A stretch of DNA of 24,645 bases from a virus. Its lineage: Duplodnaviria > Caudoviricetes. Positions 16,453 to 24,592 of this stretch are shown here, in pieces. Where the stretch lies: positions 1-24,645 of IMG/VR virus record IMGVR_UViG_3300028557_000185; one strand, given 5' to 3'. A program made the translations under genes and the position numbers. The stretch's first letter is position 1. Each line of letters starts with the position of its first letter. Under the pieces are notes generated by a model. The model was not told where the DNA came from, did not search any database, and saw nothing but the letters and a program-made list of their open reading frames with translations.

Positions 16453-17169
16453 TCAAGTCACCGGCTGCCGATATTGACCAGAACGATATGCGTCCTGGCG
16501 CTCCATGCCGTCGCCCAAACGCTTGGCCAGCCCAAGAGCTTCTTTGTACTTGGCCTCGTAAAGCTGGAGCATGTCTGACTCACCCTTCATATAGGTGTAT
16601 GCCTCAACCAAAGCTCCATATAGCAAAACGCTATCAAAATTGTCACCAACCCAAGAAGTACCGGCGGTCACAATTGACTCTGGATAGTAGTAGTAGTGCA
16701 ACTCTACGTTGTAGATTGCATCAGGCGTTGGGCCAAGAATAAAAGACAGCTCTGTTGTAATGGTTGCGCTCATTACCTTTGGCCCAAACAAAGCGTAATA
16801 CTTTGGCACCCCGGTGTCGTTGGGTGTTGGGTAGGCTTGTCGGATGTAGTTCACATCTTTGTTTAGCAAATACTCATACGTGCCAGTATTGAGATTGCCG
16901 CCCGTAACGTCCGTTATCACGGCCATTGAATACACGGCCAAAAAATCTTCAGGGCAAGACAAGTATTTGTTGTTTGCTTGCGTAACCCCAACCATGTTTT
17001 TTCTGATTGAGGGAAACTGCACAGTGTTATAGATGCGCTGTTCCGCTTGTTGAATAAAGCGGTTGATCTGTTCAGTCGTTGTGTCTGTACTCGAATCGGC
17101 GAGCGTAAACGCCGGAAAATTATTTTCCGTGTATGACTGAATAGCATCAAACAACTGCGTATAGTTCAC
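16453..17169 (-). CDS. Head-tail adaptor / tail tubular-like protein
   Basis: GTG start in a GTGA overlap. Pattern FIQQAEQRI...P.DFL...G.PKYY...LGPTPD..Y...YY...LLYGAL.EA. Confidence 0.65.
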   Translation of the reverse strand: MNYTQLFDAIQSYTENNFPAFTLADSSTDTTTEQINRFIQQAEQRIYNTVQFPSIRKNMVGVTQANNKYLSCPEDFLAVYSMAVITDVTGGNLNTGTYEYLLNKDVNYIRQAYPTPNDTGVPKYYALFGPKVMSATITTELSFILGPTPDAIYNVELHYYYYPESIVTAGTSWVGDNFDSVLLYGALVEAYTYMKGESDMLQLYEAKYKEALGLAKRLGDGMERQDAYRSGQYRQPVT

Positions 17170-17456
17170 GCCATCGGCCCCCGAGCCATAGTGCCCTTGG
17201 TTGCGGCACCCGTACCACGGATCTTGATGCCATCCGTCTTAACGTCATCGCGGTCGGGATTGCCAACACTAACGCGCATTGCCGGAGTTTCCGGACGAAC
17301 GTCTTGCGAACGCATGCGGTTGGGATCTTCTCCAGTACTAACCGCGCGCTTCATATCTTGCGTAGTCATAGCCTTACCTTTCATATCATGCGGCGGCGCG
17401 TATACCTCTGCAGCACCGACTTCTTTCCCGCTGATTTTATGTGAGTACTTAGCCAC
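17166..17456 (-). CDS. Small basic hypothetical protein
   Basis: GTG start overlaps the upstream stop. Ends KIRGTGAATKGTMARGPMA. Confidence 0.7.
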   Translation of the reverse strand: MAKYSHKISGKEVGAAEVYAPPHDMKGKAMTTQDMKRAVSTGEDPNRMRSQDVRPETPAMRVSVGNPDRDDVKTDGIKIRGTGAATKGTMARGPMA

Positions 17457-17628
17457 GGCCGGTCTTCTTATAAGTAAACGACGGGGACTTTTGATTGGCA
17501 ACCTTAGCCATGCCACGGCCCAAGCTCTTCATTTCTTCGTTAGTTTTGCCACCCTTGCGCAGCTTGGTCATGGGCTTGCCGGGATGCATAGCCTTTTCAT
17601 GCTTGTGAACAGCCTTCTTTGCGTCCAT
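17449..17628 (-). CDS. 59-aa basic protein missing from the ORF track
   Basis: AAGGAG-N6-ATG. Sequence MDAKKAVHKHEKAMHPGKPMTKLRKGGKTNEEMKSLGRGMAKVANQKSPSFTYKKTGRG fills the intergenic gap exactly. Confidence 0.8.
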   Translation of the reverse strand: MDAKKAVHKHEKAMHPGKPMTKLRKGGKTNEEMKSLGRGMAKVANQKSPSFTYKKTGRG

Positions 17629-17638
17629 TTCTTGCTCC

Positions 17639-18067
17639 TTAAGTAACGGCCACCGTTACGGTGCCCAGCTGAATATTCAGCACTAGATTGTTGGGGGTAA
17701 GCCCAGCATCGTTAGCTCTTGATCCACCAACAGGCGCCCAGCCCCACTGAATGATACGACTGCCACCTTCAGGTGTACCAAATGCATCCGGATCTGTTGT
17801 ACTAGTATCTACAATCTGTAAACCACTTGTGCCAGATACTCGATAGCTTACATCCGGGCGCGGCTCACGAACAGCTTGTGGATCGTTTACCGGGTACATG
17901 CCCAATTGTAACTGCGGATGATCTGGATCCCAACAACTACGGCACACTTTAACTTTGTACGGCTTAGTCTTAACCGTTTGAGTCCTAAGCTCTTTCAGCT
18001 TATATCGCTGCCCGCATCGATCACATTCAGCAATCGCAAACTTGCCGGATGCAAAACGATTAGGCAT
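17639..18067 (-). CDS. Hypothetical protein with Zn-ribbon-like CxxC...CxxC
   Basis: CDRC and CRSC motifs. Start MPNRF overlaps the upstream stop. Confidence 0.75.
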   Translation of the reverse strand: MPNRFASGKFAIAECDRCGQRYKLKELRTQTVKTKPYKVKVCRSCWDPDHPQLQLGMYPVNDPQAVREPRPDVSYRVSGTSGLQIVDTSTTDPDAFGTPEGGSRIIQWGWAPVGGSRANDAGLTPNNLVLNIQLGTVTVAVT

Positions 18068-18989
18068 AGAACATATTCCTCGGCACAAACCGCAACGGAG
18101 CCTTATCTCGGTCCTCATCCGCTGCCATTTGGAACTGCTGTTCGTAGTCCATCTTTAGTGCTTGAATGCGCATAGGGTCAACCCCTTCCAGCTTCATGCT
18201 TAGCTGCGACGCCAGCCCGGCAACCATGCACGGAATAAAGCGGAAAGGAATGTCTTGAACCGACGTGCCGCCACCAGCATCTTGAATGCGTCGCATACGG
18301 TAGTACACAAACATGTACTGATCGCCAGGCGAGCTAGGAGTCGGCCACACGTTGATAGAAGGAAGGTTCTGAACAGTAATAGCAGCCCCGCTAGTATGGG
18401 AAGCTGCAGTTGTGTTGTTTTGCCCGCGAGCGCAGTTGAGAAGCTGCTTAGTGTCTGGGTCTACGTTCGGGTAGCTGATAGTTTCGCTACCGATCTTGAT
18501 GAACCCTGCAGAGGCTAGACCTTGCACGGAAGACAACGTAATCGTCGTGTCTGTGGCAGATATATTTGCAGCTAGGGTTACAGATGTAGCATTTTCTTGC
18601 CCTGATTGGCGGTTTACCCACACCTGAATCGGGCGCCCTTGGGCTAGCTTGTTTGGAATGCTGATATATGTCGGTTCAGCAATGCGGCTGATATTGATGT
18701 CGGTCTGATTGGAGGTGCCGTTGTTTTGGCGAATTACAGTGTCCAACAGATCAATGGTATCGACAGGCAATGGATAAATGGCCTGACCAGTAGCCATCTG
18801 AATCTGACCCTGCTCTACCGTCCACAGATTAATGCCGCGATTGGCCCATTCAATCGTTAGCAGATTTAACGAACGACGGGCTGTACGAAAGTCGTAACCG
18901 GTCCTCAGCTCTTTGCCACAACGCTCGAACGCCTCTTCAATAAGGTCGTTCATGTCTAGGTTAAAAGCTGTAGTGCCAGTGGTGGTCAT
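18060..18989 (-). CDS. Head-completion / adaptor-like virion protein with inserted beta domain
   Basis: IEEAFERCG...ARRSLN...W.NRG.NLW, an insertion TLAANISATDTTITL...RGQNNTTAASH, and position in the head-tail block. Confidence 0.6.
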   Translation of the reverse strand: MTTTGTTAFNLDMNDLIEEAFERCGKELRTGYDFRTARRSLNLLTIEWANRGINLWTVEQGQIQMATGQAIYPLPVDTIDLLDTVIRQNNGTSNQTDINISRIAEPTYISIPNKLAQGRPIQVWVNRQSGQENATSVTLAANISATDTTITLSSVQGLASAGFIKIGSETISYPNVDPDTKQLLNCARGQNNTTAASHTSGAAITVQNLPSINVWPTPSSPGDQYMFVYYRMRRIQDAGGGTSVQDIPFRFIPCMVAGLASQLSMKLEGVDPMRIQALKMDYEQQFQMAADEDRDKAPLRFVPRNMFYA

Positions 18990-19231
18990 CTAAATCTCGC
19001 GGTTTTCTTTGCAATGGTTTTTGGCTGCGCTACGAACTGCTTCCCTGCTCTTTTTCCCGCTCTCTTCGCTCTAGTCGTTGCAGCATATTCTGACGAAGAT
19101 AACGATTTAATCGCTGCTTCCGGTAAGTATCGCTCTCCGGTTGCTTTCGATCCTTGCGTTGACGGCTTGCCACTACGGGTTCTCCACTTCTGATCAGTCC
19201 AATTCTTAAGGCTTTGTTGGGGCTTTTTCAT
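18986..19231 (-). CDS. Small basic hypothetical protein
   Basis: SLKNWTDQKWRT...GERYLP. TAATG and ATGA coupled. Confidence 0.8.
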   Translation of the reverse strand: MKKPQQSLKNWTDQKWRTRSGKPSTQGSKATGERYLPEAAIKSLSSSEYAATTRAKRAGKRAGKQFVAQPKTIAKKTARFR

Positions 19232-19512
19232 TAGTCGCGGTACCCACCGCCACGCTTCTTGTATTGCATGGCTAGCATTTGACTTTTACGCGCTGACCAC
19301 TGCCCCGGTGCGCCGCCCTTGCCGCCAGCCTTAATGCTGTTAAACAAAGACTTACGCATACCGGGTTTGGTGTAATTGCCTGCTTCATTAACTTTACTTA
19401 CACCACCTTCTTTGTATTGAGTAACTTCGTCGGGGTTGTCTTTGCGACGAATAGTCTTAGCCTTCGGCATCTTTGAAGGATTGATACAGCCCATACCCCG
19501 ACTCGGTCTCAA
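19231..19512 (-). CDS. Small basic hypothetical protein
   Basis: TTG start overlapping the HNH stop (TTGA). MRPSRGMG...YTKP...PGQWSARKSQ. Confidence 0.75.
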   Translation of the reverse strand: MRPSRGMGCINPSKMPKAKTIRRKDNPDEVTQYKEGGVSKVNEAGNYTKPGMRKSLFNSIKAGGKGGAPGQWSARKSQMLAMQYKKRGGGYRD

Positions 19513-19970
19513 ACTACACCCCCACAACGAACGCCATTAACTATCCTACTTATATGCGGTTGTTTTACTCCATACATACGCGCTAAAGCAGATTGACTAT
19601 AAGAAGAGCTAAAGTATAAGTCTTTAATCTCTTTAATTTGCGCATCAGCAAGTTTAGACATACCGTTAGATTGGCCTATAAAACGTTTGTACCCGCTTCG
19701 CCCTTTTTTGACTCTATCCGCTACATTATCAGCGTTAGTGCCTAAAAATAAGTGGTCAGGATTGCAGCATTTCGGGTTATCACATGTATGTAAAACGTGT
19801 AGTGACTCAGAAAGACTAGAAATTTTTCCAGATAACAAAGCAGCTACGCGATGCGCATGTTTGGGTTTGCCATCTACATTAAACCACCCATATCCATTGT
19901 TAAGCGCACCCGTCCATTCCCAGCACCCTTCTTTAGTGCTGTCTACTTTGACCCAGAACCGCTCTTTCAT
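19509..19970 (-). CDS. HNH homing endonuclease with C-terminal HTH
   Basis: CWEWTG...GYG...AHR...VLHTCDNPKCCNPDHL..GT..DN and SQSALARMYGVKQPHISRI. ATGA-coupled start. AT-rich. Confidence 0.9.
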   Translation of the reverse strand: MKERFWVKVDSTKEGCWEWTGALNNGYGWFNVDGKPKHAHRVAALLSGKISSLSESLHVLHTCDNPKCCNPDHLFLGTNADNVADRVKKGRSGYKRFIGQSNGMSKLADAQIKEIKDLYFSSSYSQSALARMYGVKQPHISRIVNGVRCGGVV

Positions 19971-20281
19971 ACCATCTTCCCACGGGTCTTGCCCTTGATG
20001 CAGCAACCATCAGCACGTGCAGAGGCAGATCCGCCTTTAGCGTACTTTTTGACCTTGCCGCCTTTCTTCATGCCATCTTCAGAAGGAGCTGCAGGAAGAG
20101 CCTTTTTGCGATTTTTGGTTGCCTGATATGCATCTTGCATTTCTTTGGCTTCTTCTTTGGTCGTTCCCATGTACTGCTCTGCACGAAGCTCTTTCTCGCT
20201 TTTATCGCGCATACGCTTGTACGGCTCAACAACATATTCTTTTGCCATGCGGCTAAGAAAACTATCTTTAGTAGTTGGCAT
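19967..20281 (-). CDS. Small Lys-rich hypothetical protein
   Basis: SD AAGGAG. Motifs MKKGG, YAKGG and ADGCCIKGKT. Confidence 0.8.
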   Translation of the reverse strand: MPTTKDSFLSRMAKEYVVEPYKRMRDKSEKELRAEQYMGTTKEEAKEMQDAYQATKNRKKALPAAPSEDGMKKGGKVKKYAKGGSASARADGCCIKGKTRGKMV

Positions 20282-20291
20282 TACTAGCTCC

Positions 20292-20720
20292 TTAGCACTT
20301 GCCGCCGCGCTTCATGCCGGTTGATCCGGCCATCTTGGGCATCATGGCCTTAGTCTTGCCCTTTTTAGCAATACCATCAGCTGCCTTGTGACCAGCAGCC
20401 AGACCACCCTTGGCCATGCACTTAGCCTTGCCGCCCTTGGCCATCTTGCCCTTGCCGTCAGCAGCAAAAGCCGGCACCTTTTGGCCGTTCTTCTCGACCA
20501 TCGGCATACCACCAGCAGCCATCTTCTTACAAGCCATACCACTCTTCTTCATCATTGCCTTAGATTCTTTCATTTCACCACCTCGTTGAAATTTGCGGCC
20601 TTCATCGGCCTTCATGAATTCTTCTCCAACCTTCTTGGAGATACCAACCTTCTTGGCAAACTTGGGATTGTTAACCACCGCCGCCATAAGGTTATGCTGC
20701 TTTTTACTTACGCTAGGCAT
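20292..20720 (-). CDS. Lys/Met/Gly/Ala-rich hypothetical protein
   Basis: MPSVSKKQHNLMAA start, several M-x-x-GG repeats, ADGIAKKGKT. Confidence 0.8.
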   Translation of the reverse strand: MPSVSKKQHNLMAAVVNNPKFAKKVGISKKVGEEFMKADEGRKFQRGGEMKESKAMMKKSGMACKKMAAGGMPMVEKNGQKVPAFAADGKGKMAKGGKAKCMAKGGLAAGHKAADGIAKKGKTKAMMPKMAGSTGMKRGGKC

Positions 20721-21041
20721 TTAAATCAACCCAAGCATCTTAGCTACATACATGCAAAGGAGGCCAGCGGCTCCCCATACTGCATTCATCACCCAAGTTG
20801 CGGCTTGTCCGTGCTTAACGTCTGCTTTTTCAAGCGCATCAACTCGACCTTCTAAACCGTCAATCTTTTCCATCATTCGCTTTTGTGTGGCGTTTGAATG
20901 GGACTGACGCTCTTCCACGAGGGTTAGTTTATTTAGGGCCATAGCTACATCTTTCAAAGCGGACTTCATTTCGCCTACATCCTGATGTAGCGCATCAACC
21001 TTGTGCCCTAGAATTGCAATTGTGGCGTTTTGATTTTCCAT
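20721..21041 (-). CDS. Coiled-coil protein with C-terminal TM segment (possible holin-like)
   Basis: Heptad-rich N-terminus and hydrophobic WVMNAVWGAAGLLCMYVAKMLGLI. Confidence 0.6.
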   Translation of the reverse strand: MENQNATIAILGHKVDALHQDVGEMKSALKDVAMALNKLTLVEERQSHSNATQKRMMEKIDGLEGRVDALEKADVKHGQAATWVMNAVWGAAGLLCMYVAKMLGLI

Positions 21042-21042
21042 G

Positions 21043-21297
21043 TCAGCATTTCCATGCCCGCAGGCTTTTATTGATGCGCGAGTTAGGATCGTTAGCAGTC
21101 TTAGAAGAGGTTAGCTTCTTCTTCATTCCAGACATCCGGGCGCAGAATGACTTTTTACGAGCCCCGCCTTCCGGCTGCGGAGCCTTAAGACCAGGCTTAC
21201 CCGGATTAGCTGCGTTGTAAGATGCACGGCCCTTGGCGTTCAACCCGCCTTTGGGGTTCTTGCCTTCCTTACGCGTCCAAGCCGGGGACTTAGCCAT
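21043..21297 (-). CDS. Small basic hypothetical protein
   Basis: MAKSPAWTRKEGKNPKGGLNAKGR...KSFCARM...W.C. Overlaps the upstream stop. Confidence 0.8.
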   Translation of the reverse strand: MAKSPAWTRKEGKNPKGGLNAKGRASYNAANPGKPGLKAPQPEGGARKKSFCARMSGMKKKLTSSKTANDPNSRINKSLRAWKC

Positions 21298-21577
21298 AGA
21301 ACACCGTACAGGCAGAAACATTTGAAAGATCTACGTAAATACCGTTCGGGTACAAAATCCCCTCGCCGGGCAACAAAACATAGATAGTGAACGAATCGCT
21401 TGTGCCAACATCAAGCTCGCAAAGAATTGCGCCGCTTGAACCGCCATTGCGCAGGCGCACATACCCGTCGTTACCGTTTCCCCTGTAGGAAATAGATTTA
21501 AATCGAGTGCGGTTTAGACCTTCAACACTGCCGCTGGCAGTGAAATGCTGCGCTTTTACATCAGTCTGCATTGCCAT
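21290..21577 (-). CDS. Hypothetical beta-rich virion protein
   Basis: 95 aa, GGGGG SD-like element, C-terminal PGEGILYPNGIY...TVFYG. Confidence 0.75.
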   Translation of the reverse strand: MAMQTDVKAQHFTASGSVEGLNRTRFKSISYRGNGNDGYVRLRNGGSSGAILCELDVGTSDSFTIYVLLPGEGILYPNGIYVDLSNVSACTVFYG

Positions 21578-21589
21578 AGCAGCCCCCTA

Positions 21590-22231
21590 TTAGGCTTCAA
21601 ACGTAGCAGCAGGAATGGCGGCAAGGTAGAAAACGCTAGAGCCAATCTTTACCTTCAAACCACGAAGGTTTGCACCACCAAGGGCAGTACCAGTAGCCGT
21701 AGCAGCAAACGTAGCACCCGGAGTAGCAACAGCATCAGCAGCACCAGCAGTAACGCCAGCAAGTGTCAGGATAGCGCCATTAGTATCAAAAGTAGCAGCG
21801 CCAGCGCCGTTAACCGAAGCGTAGATGAGGGAGGTTGCCGTGCCAGTCGAAGCGCCCGAAGGGACGTTCAGTTCGATTTCAACCGGAGCATAGGTGCCCG
21901 ATGAAGTGCCAGCCGACAAAGTCATTTCAGCAACGAACGACGAGCCAAGGCCCGTGGTGCGGCCAGAAGCGCCGTAGGTAACATCAGCCTTCAACGCATT
22001 TGAGAAGCTGCCAAGGGCGACATTGGTGTTCATGTTGAAGTTAGCACGTCCACCGTCAGCACCAGCGCCAGACATGGTGGTGGAAACAACGAGGGGCTGG
22101 AAGGCGCCCGAGGTTGCGGTGTTCGTAGTAGTGATTGTATTGCCGGTCTCGGTGCTATTCAGCGTACCGACAAACGAACCTTCAAAGCCATTGTCCGACT
22201 TTACCGGACCAGAGAAAGTAGTACGAGCCAT
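21590..22231 (-). CDS. Hypothetical virion (head decoration/fibre-like) protein
   Basis: SD AAGGAG, start MARTTFSGPVKS, Thr/Ala/Gly-rich. First gene after the capsid terminator. Confidence 0.75.
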   Translation of the reverse strand: MARTTFSGPVKSDNGFEGSFVGTLNSTETGNTITTTNTATSGAFQPLVVSTTMSGAGADGGRANFNMNTNVALGSFSNALKADVTYGASGRTTGLGSSFVAEMTLSAGTSSGTYAPVEIELNVPSGASTGTATSLIYASVNGAGAATFDTNGAILTLAGVTAGAADAVATPGATFAATATGTALGGANLRGLKVKIGSSVFYLAAIPAATFEA

Positions 22232-22242
22232 GACTGCTCCTT

Positions 22243-22314
22243 GTGTTGTAGCACTACGCCCGTAAGTCTCTACAAAGTCTGCTAGGTCAGTCGTACGGGC
22301 TGGGATTCCTAGGT
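22243..22314 (-). ncRNA. Structured, probably pseudoknotted RNA downstream of the gpT-like capsid gene (candidate Mu-gpT-DE-type motif)
   Basis: Stem GCCCGTA/TACGGGC encloses CTG-ACCTAG-CAG. Loop CCTAG is complementary to 5' CTAGG, and inner TTGTAG is complementary to 3' CTACAA. Confidence 0.6.
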
Positions 22315-22320
22315 AGCTTA

Positions 22321-22349
22321 TTTATACCAGCACCTAAAATATTGTGCAA
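22321..22349 (-). promoter_or_regulatory. Sigma70-type promoter with extended -10
   Basis: TTGCAC-N17-TATAAA, with TG-n directly before the -10. Predicted start about 22314. Confidence 0.7.
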
Positions 22350-22350
22350 T

Positions 22351-22381
22351 AAAAAGAAAAGGGGGCCGAAGCCCCCTTCTT
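22351..22381 (-). terminator. Rho-independent terminator after the major capsid gene
   Basis: AAGGGGGC-TTCG-GCCCCCTT followed by TTCTTTTT. Confidence 0.92.
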
Positions 22382-22394
22382 GATGCATTACTTC

Positions 22395-23306
22395 TTACGA
22401 CGCGCCAGGCGAACCGAACATACCCAGCGGATCCGACCAGCCAAACGAATAACGCTCACGGCTCTTGTAACGGACGTTGCCCGTATCGAAGTCGCCGTCC
22501 ATCGACTGTTGCCGCGGGGTACGAACAAAATGCTTCATACCGTTCGGCACATCAGTGGTCAGGAACCAAGCGTTGGTGTCAGTCAAGAAGTGGTTGATCG
22601 TATAGCCTTCCGGGATCGAACCGTTGTTCTTGATGGCGTTGATGTCGTTATCAGCCGTCGAAACACGAAGTTCGGTTTCGAGCAGGCGGGTAGCAACGAA
22701 TTGCAGCGCCGGGGGAACAACAAGCTTCTTCGGCTTGGCAGCGATCAGCAGGCCACGTTCGTCCGTCCAAGCAGCGATCTGAATAACAGCGGCTTCAAGC
22801 GAAGTCTCATTCAGGTCAGCGGCAGTAGCCGGAGTGTTGCTGTTAACACCACCAGTGATCAGCGGGTGCGAGGTCGAGAACAGGGAAACGCCGTCACCAC
22901 CAACATAGGTAGACGAGAAGCCGTTGTTCAAAACCGAAGCAGCCTTGACCTGCTTGGTGTAAGCCATAGCACGAGCCAGAGCCTTGGTGTAACGCGCCGA
23001 CAGCGAATCGTAGAGGTTATCTTCGATTGCTTCTTCAGTCAGCGAGAAACCCAGAGCGATGGTTTCGTGGTTATAGCGAGCAGTCCAAGCTTCTTGCGCG
23101 TTGTCATACGCAATTGCCTGGCCTTCGTTCTTGACCGGAGCGGCCGAGAAGCCAGACAGCTTGGTTTCTTCTTCAAAGGAACGTTCCGAGGCTTCGGTCT
23201 CGTAGATTTCCTTGTGTTCCTCGCCGTAGCGAGCGTACTCCAGACCAAACAGCGCATTCAAGCCGGGCAGGAGTTCCTTGAGTAGCTGGGCACGAGAAAT
23301 TGCCAT
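22395..23306 (-). CDS. Major capsid protein (Mu gpT-like, HK97 fold)
   Basis: 303 aa, SD AGGAG, biased codon usage and a downstream terminator. Motifs MAISRAQLLKEL.PGL, K.EG..I.YD, GDGV.LFS..HP, P..LVVPP.L and RERYSFGWSD. Confidence 0.9.
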   Translation of the reverse strand: MAISRAQLLKELLPGLNALFGLEYARYGEEHKEIYETEASERSFEEETKLSGFSAAPVKNEGQAIAYDNAQEAWTARYNHETIALGFSLTEEAIEDNLYDSLSARYTKALARAMAYTKQVKAASVLNNGFSSTYVGGDGVSLFSTSHPLITGGVNSNTPATAADLNETSLEAAVIQIAAWTDERGLLIAAKPKKLVVPPALQFVATRLLETELRVSTADNDINAIKNNGSIPEGYTINHFLTDTNAWFLTTDVPNGMKHFVRTPRQQSMDGDFDTGNVRYKSRERYSFGWSDPLGMFGSPGAS

Positions 23307-23318
23307 GATTAACTCCTA

Positions 23319-24125
23319 TCAGGTAGCGACGGCAGCGCCGGTCGAGTTGTAGTACGAATGCCAACCGTGGTTGAACTTGACCAGAACTTCGGGCGAACCG
23401 AGGAAAGTCAGAGTAACAGCCGTAAGGTTGGCAGCCACCGACAGGGTCAGGGTCGTACCAGAGATAGACACCACATAGGTGCCGGCAGTAACGCCGGTGC
23501 CAGTGACACTCATGTACGGCTTGATAGCAGTGTTAGCTGCAGTCAGAGTGACAGTGGTGCTTGAACCGCTGGTGCTACCAACCGAGGTCGTGGTTTGAGC
23601 CGTGTCCGGAACAACGCCCACAACGCGAACGATGGTGTTAGTAGCAGCCGGGGCTTGACCGCCAATAGCGACAAGAGCGTCACCAGTGGTAGTCGAACCG
23701 CCGTTCTGGATGAGGGCGGCGTTCTTGCCAACAGCCCATTGACCCAGAGCAGCAACGGTTTGGCCGGTGTTGCAGATAACAGCCTTGAACACGGTGTCCG
23801 GATCGTCACAAACATAAGCAACAGCATCCGAAGCAACCGTACCGGCAGGCCAGTATTGAGCACGAATCTTTTGATTGGTGCCGGGGTTGGTGTATTCAAC
23901 ACCAAGAAACACGCCAACAATACCAGCGAGAGGCGAGGTGCCGGTGGTGGTGGGGTTTACAATCAGAGTGCCGTCCGTAGTCAGCTGCACAACTTGGCCG
24001 TTAAACAGGCTGGTGTTGTAACCGCTGGCAATCGGGAACATGCGGGTCGAGCCCGCAAACACCTGACCGCCGATCAAATTGATCGGCTGAAGCCCGTAGG
24101 GCTTGTCAACAGTCGGGTAAGCCAT
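23319..24125 (-). CDS. Capsid-associated (cement/decoration-like) protein
   Basis: Directly upstream of the capsid gene. PYGLQP...GVF.G.EY...V.DDP...F with a Thr-rich inserted domain. Confidence 0.65.
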   Translation of the reverse strand: MAYPTVDKPYGLQPINLIGGQVFAGSTRMFPIASGYNTSLFNGQVVQLTTDGTLIVNPTTTGTSPLAGIVGVFLGVEYTNPGTNQKIRAQYWPAGTVASDAVAYVCDDPDTVFKAVICNTGQTVAALGQWAVGKNAALIQNGGSTTTGDALVAIGGQAPAATNTIVRVVGVVPDTAQTTTSVGSTSGSSTTVTLTAANTAIKPYMSVTGTGVTAGTYVVSISGTTLTLSVAANLTAVTLTFLGSPEVLVKFNHGWHSYYNSTGAAVAT

Positions 24126-24145
24126 AATTAGCTCCTTAGATTAGA

Positions 24146-24592
24146 TTAGCCTTTGCCAAAGCTAGTCGAAGACTTGCGCTCTTTGAACAGCGGCATCCTC
24201 GGATCACTTTGACGCATCAGGTTGTTATCTACCGCTTCAGTCTGAGCCTGGGTTTGTTGATTAACATACGCATTGCGCTGTTCAACAAATTCAGACGGAG
24301 TCTTGCAAAGCAATAGACCGCCAATCTCAATATTGTCTTTAAAACGACTACTGGGATCGACTAGCAGTTGGAATTGGGGTTGCTCCTCGATAGCTACCGG
24401 CTCCCAACCTTCACGGAGCTTGGCCGAGAGGTTGCGGGGGTCTGCCTGATTCAAGGTTGACACACGGATCCAACGATACTCGTAACCGGGTTGCCGATCA
24501 GGCTCCGGGAGTAGTTCGGGAGGCATCCACTGCTTGGGACGCTCTTGTTGAGTCCGGGTTTCTACTTCACGAGCAATTCTGGTCTCAGCCAT
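24146..24592 (-). CDS. Conserved hypothetical head-module protein
   Basis: W.PP..LP.P...YRWIR...REGWEPV...GGLLLCK. Overlaps the upstream stop. Confidence 0.8.
   Translation of the reverse strand: MAETRIAREVETRTQQERPKQWMPPELLPEPDRQPGYEYRWIRVSTLNQADPRNLSAKLREGWEPVAIEEQPQFQLLVDPSSRFKDNIEIGGLLLCKTPSEFVEQRNAYVNQQTQAQTEAVDNNLMRQSDPRMPLFKERKSSTSFGKG

Noticed and set aside
22243-22314. Hammerhead or other known ribozyme
   Set aside because: CUGACCU does not match the CUGANGA core and there is no GAAA partner. Kept only as an unassigned structured RNA.
22380-23285. 301-aa + strand ORF opposite the capsid gene
   Set aside because: Antisense shadow caused by the capsid gene's codon bias. No protein features.
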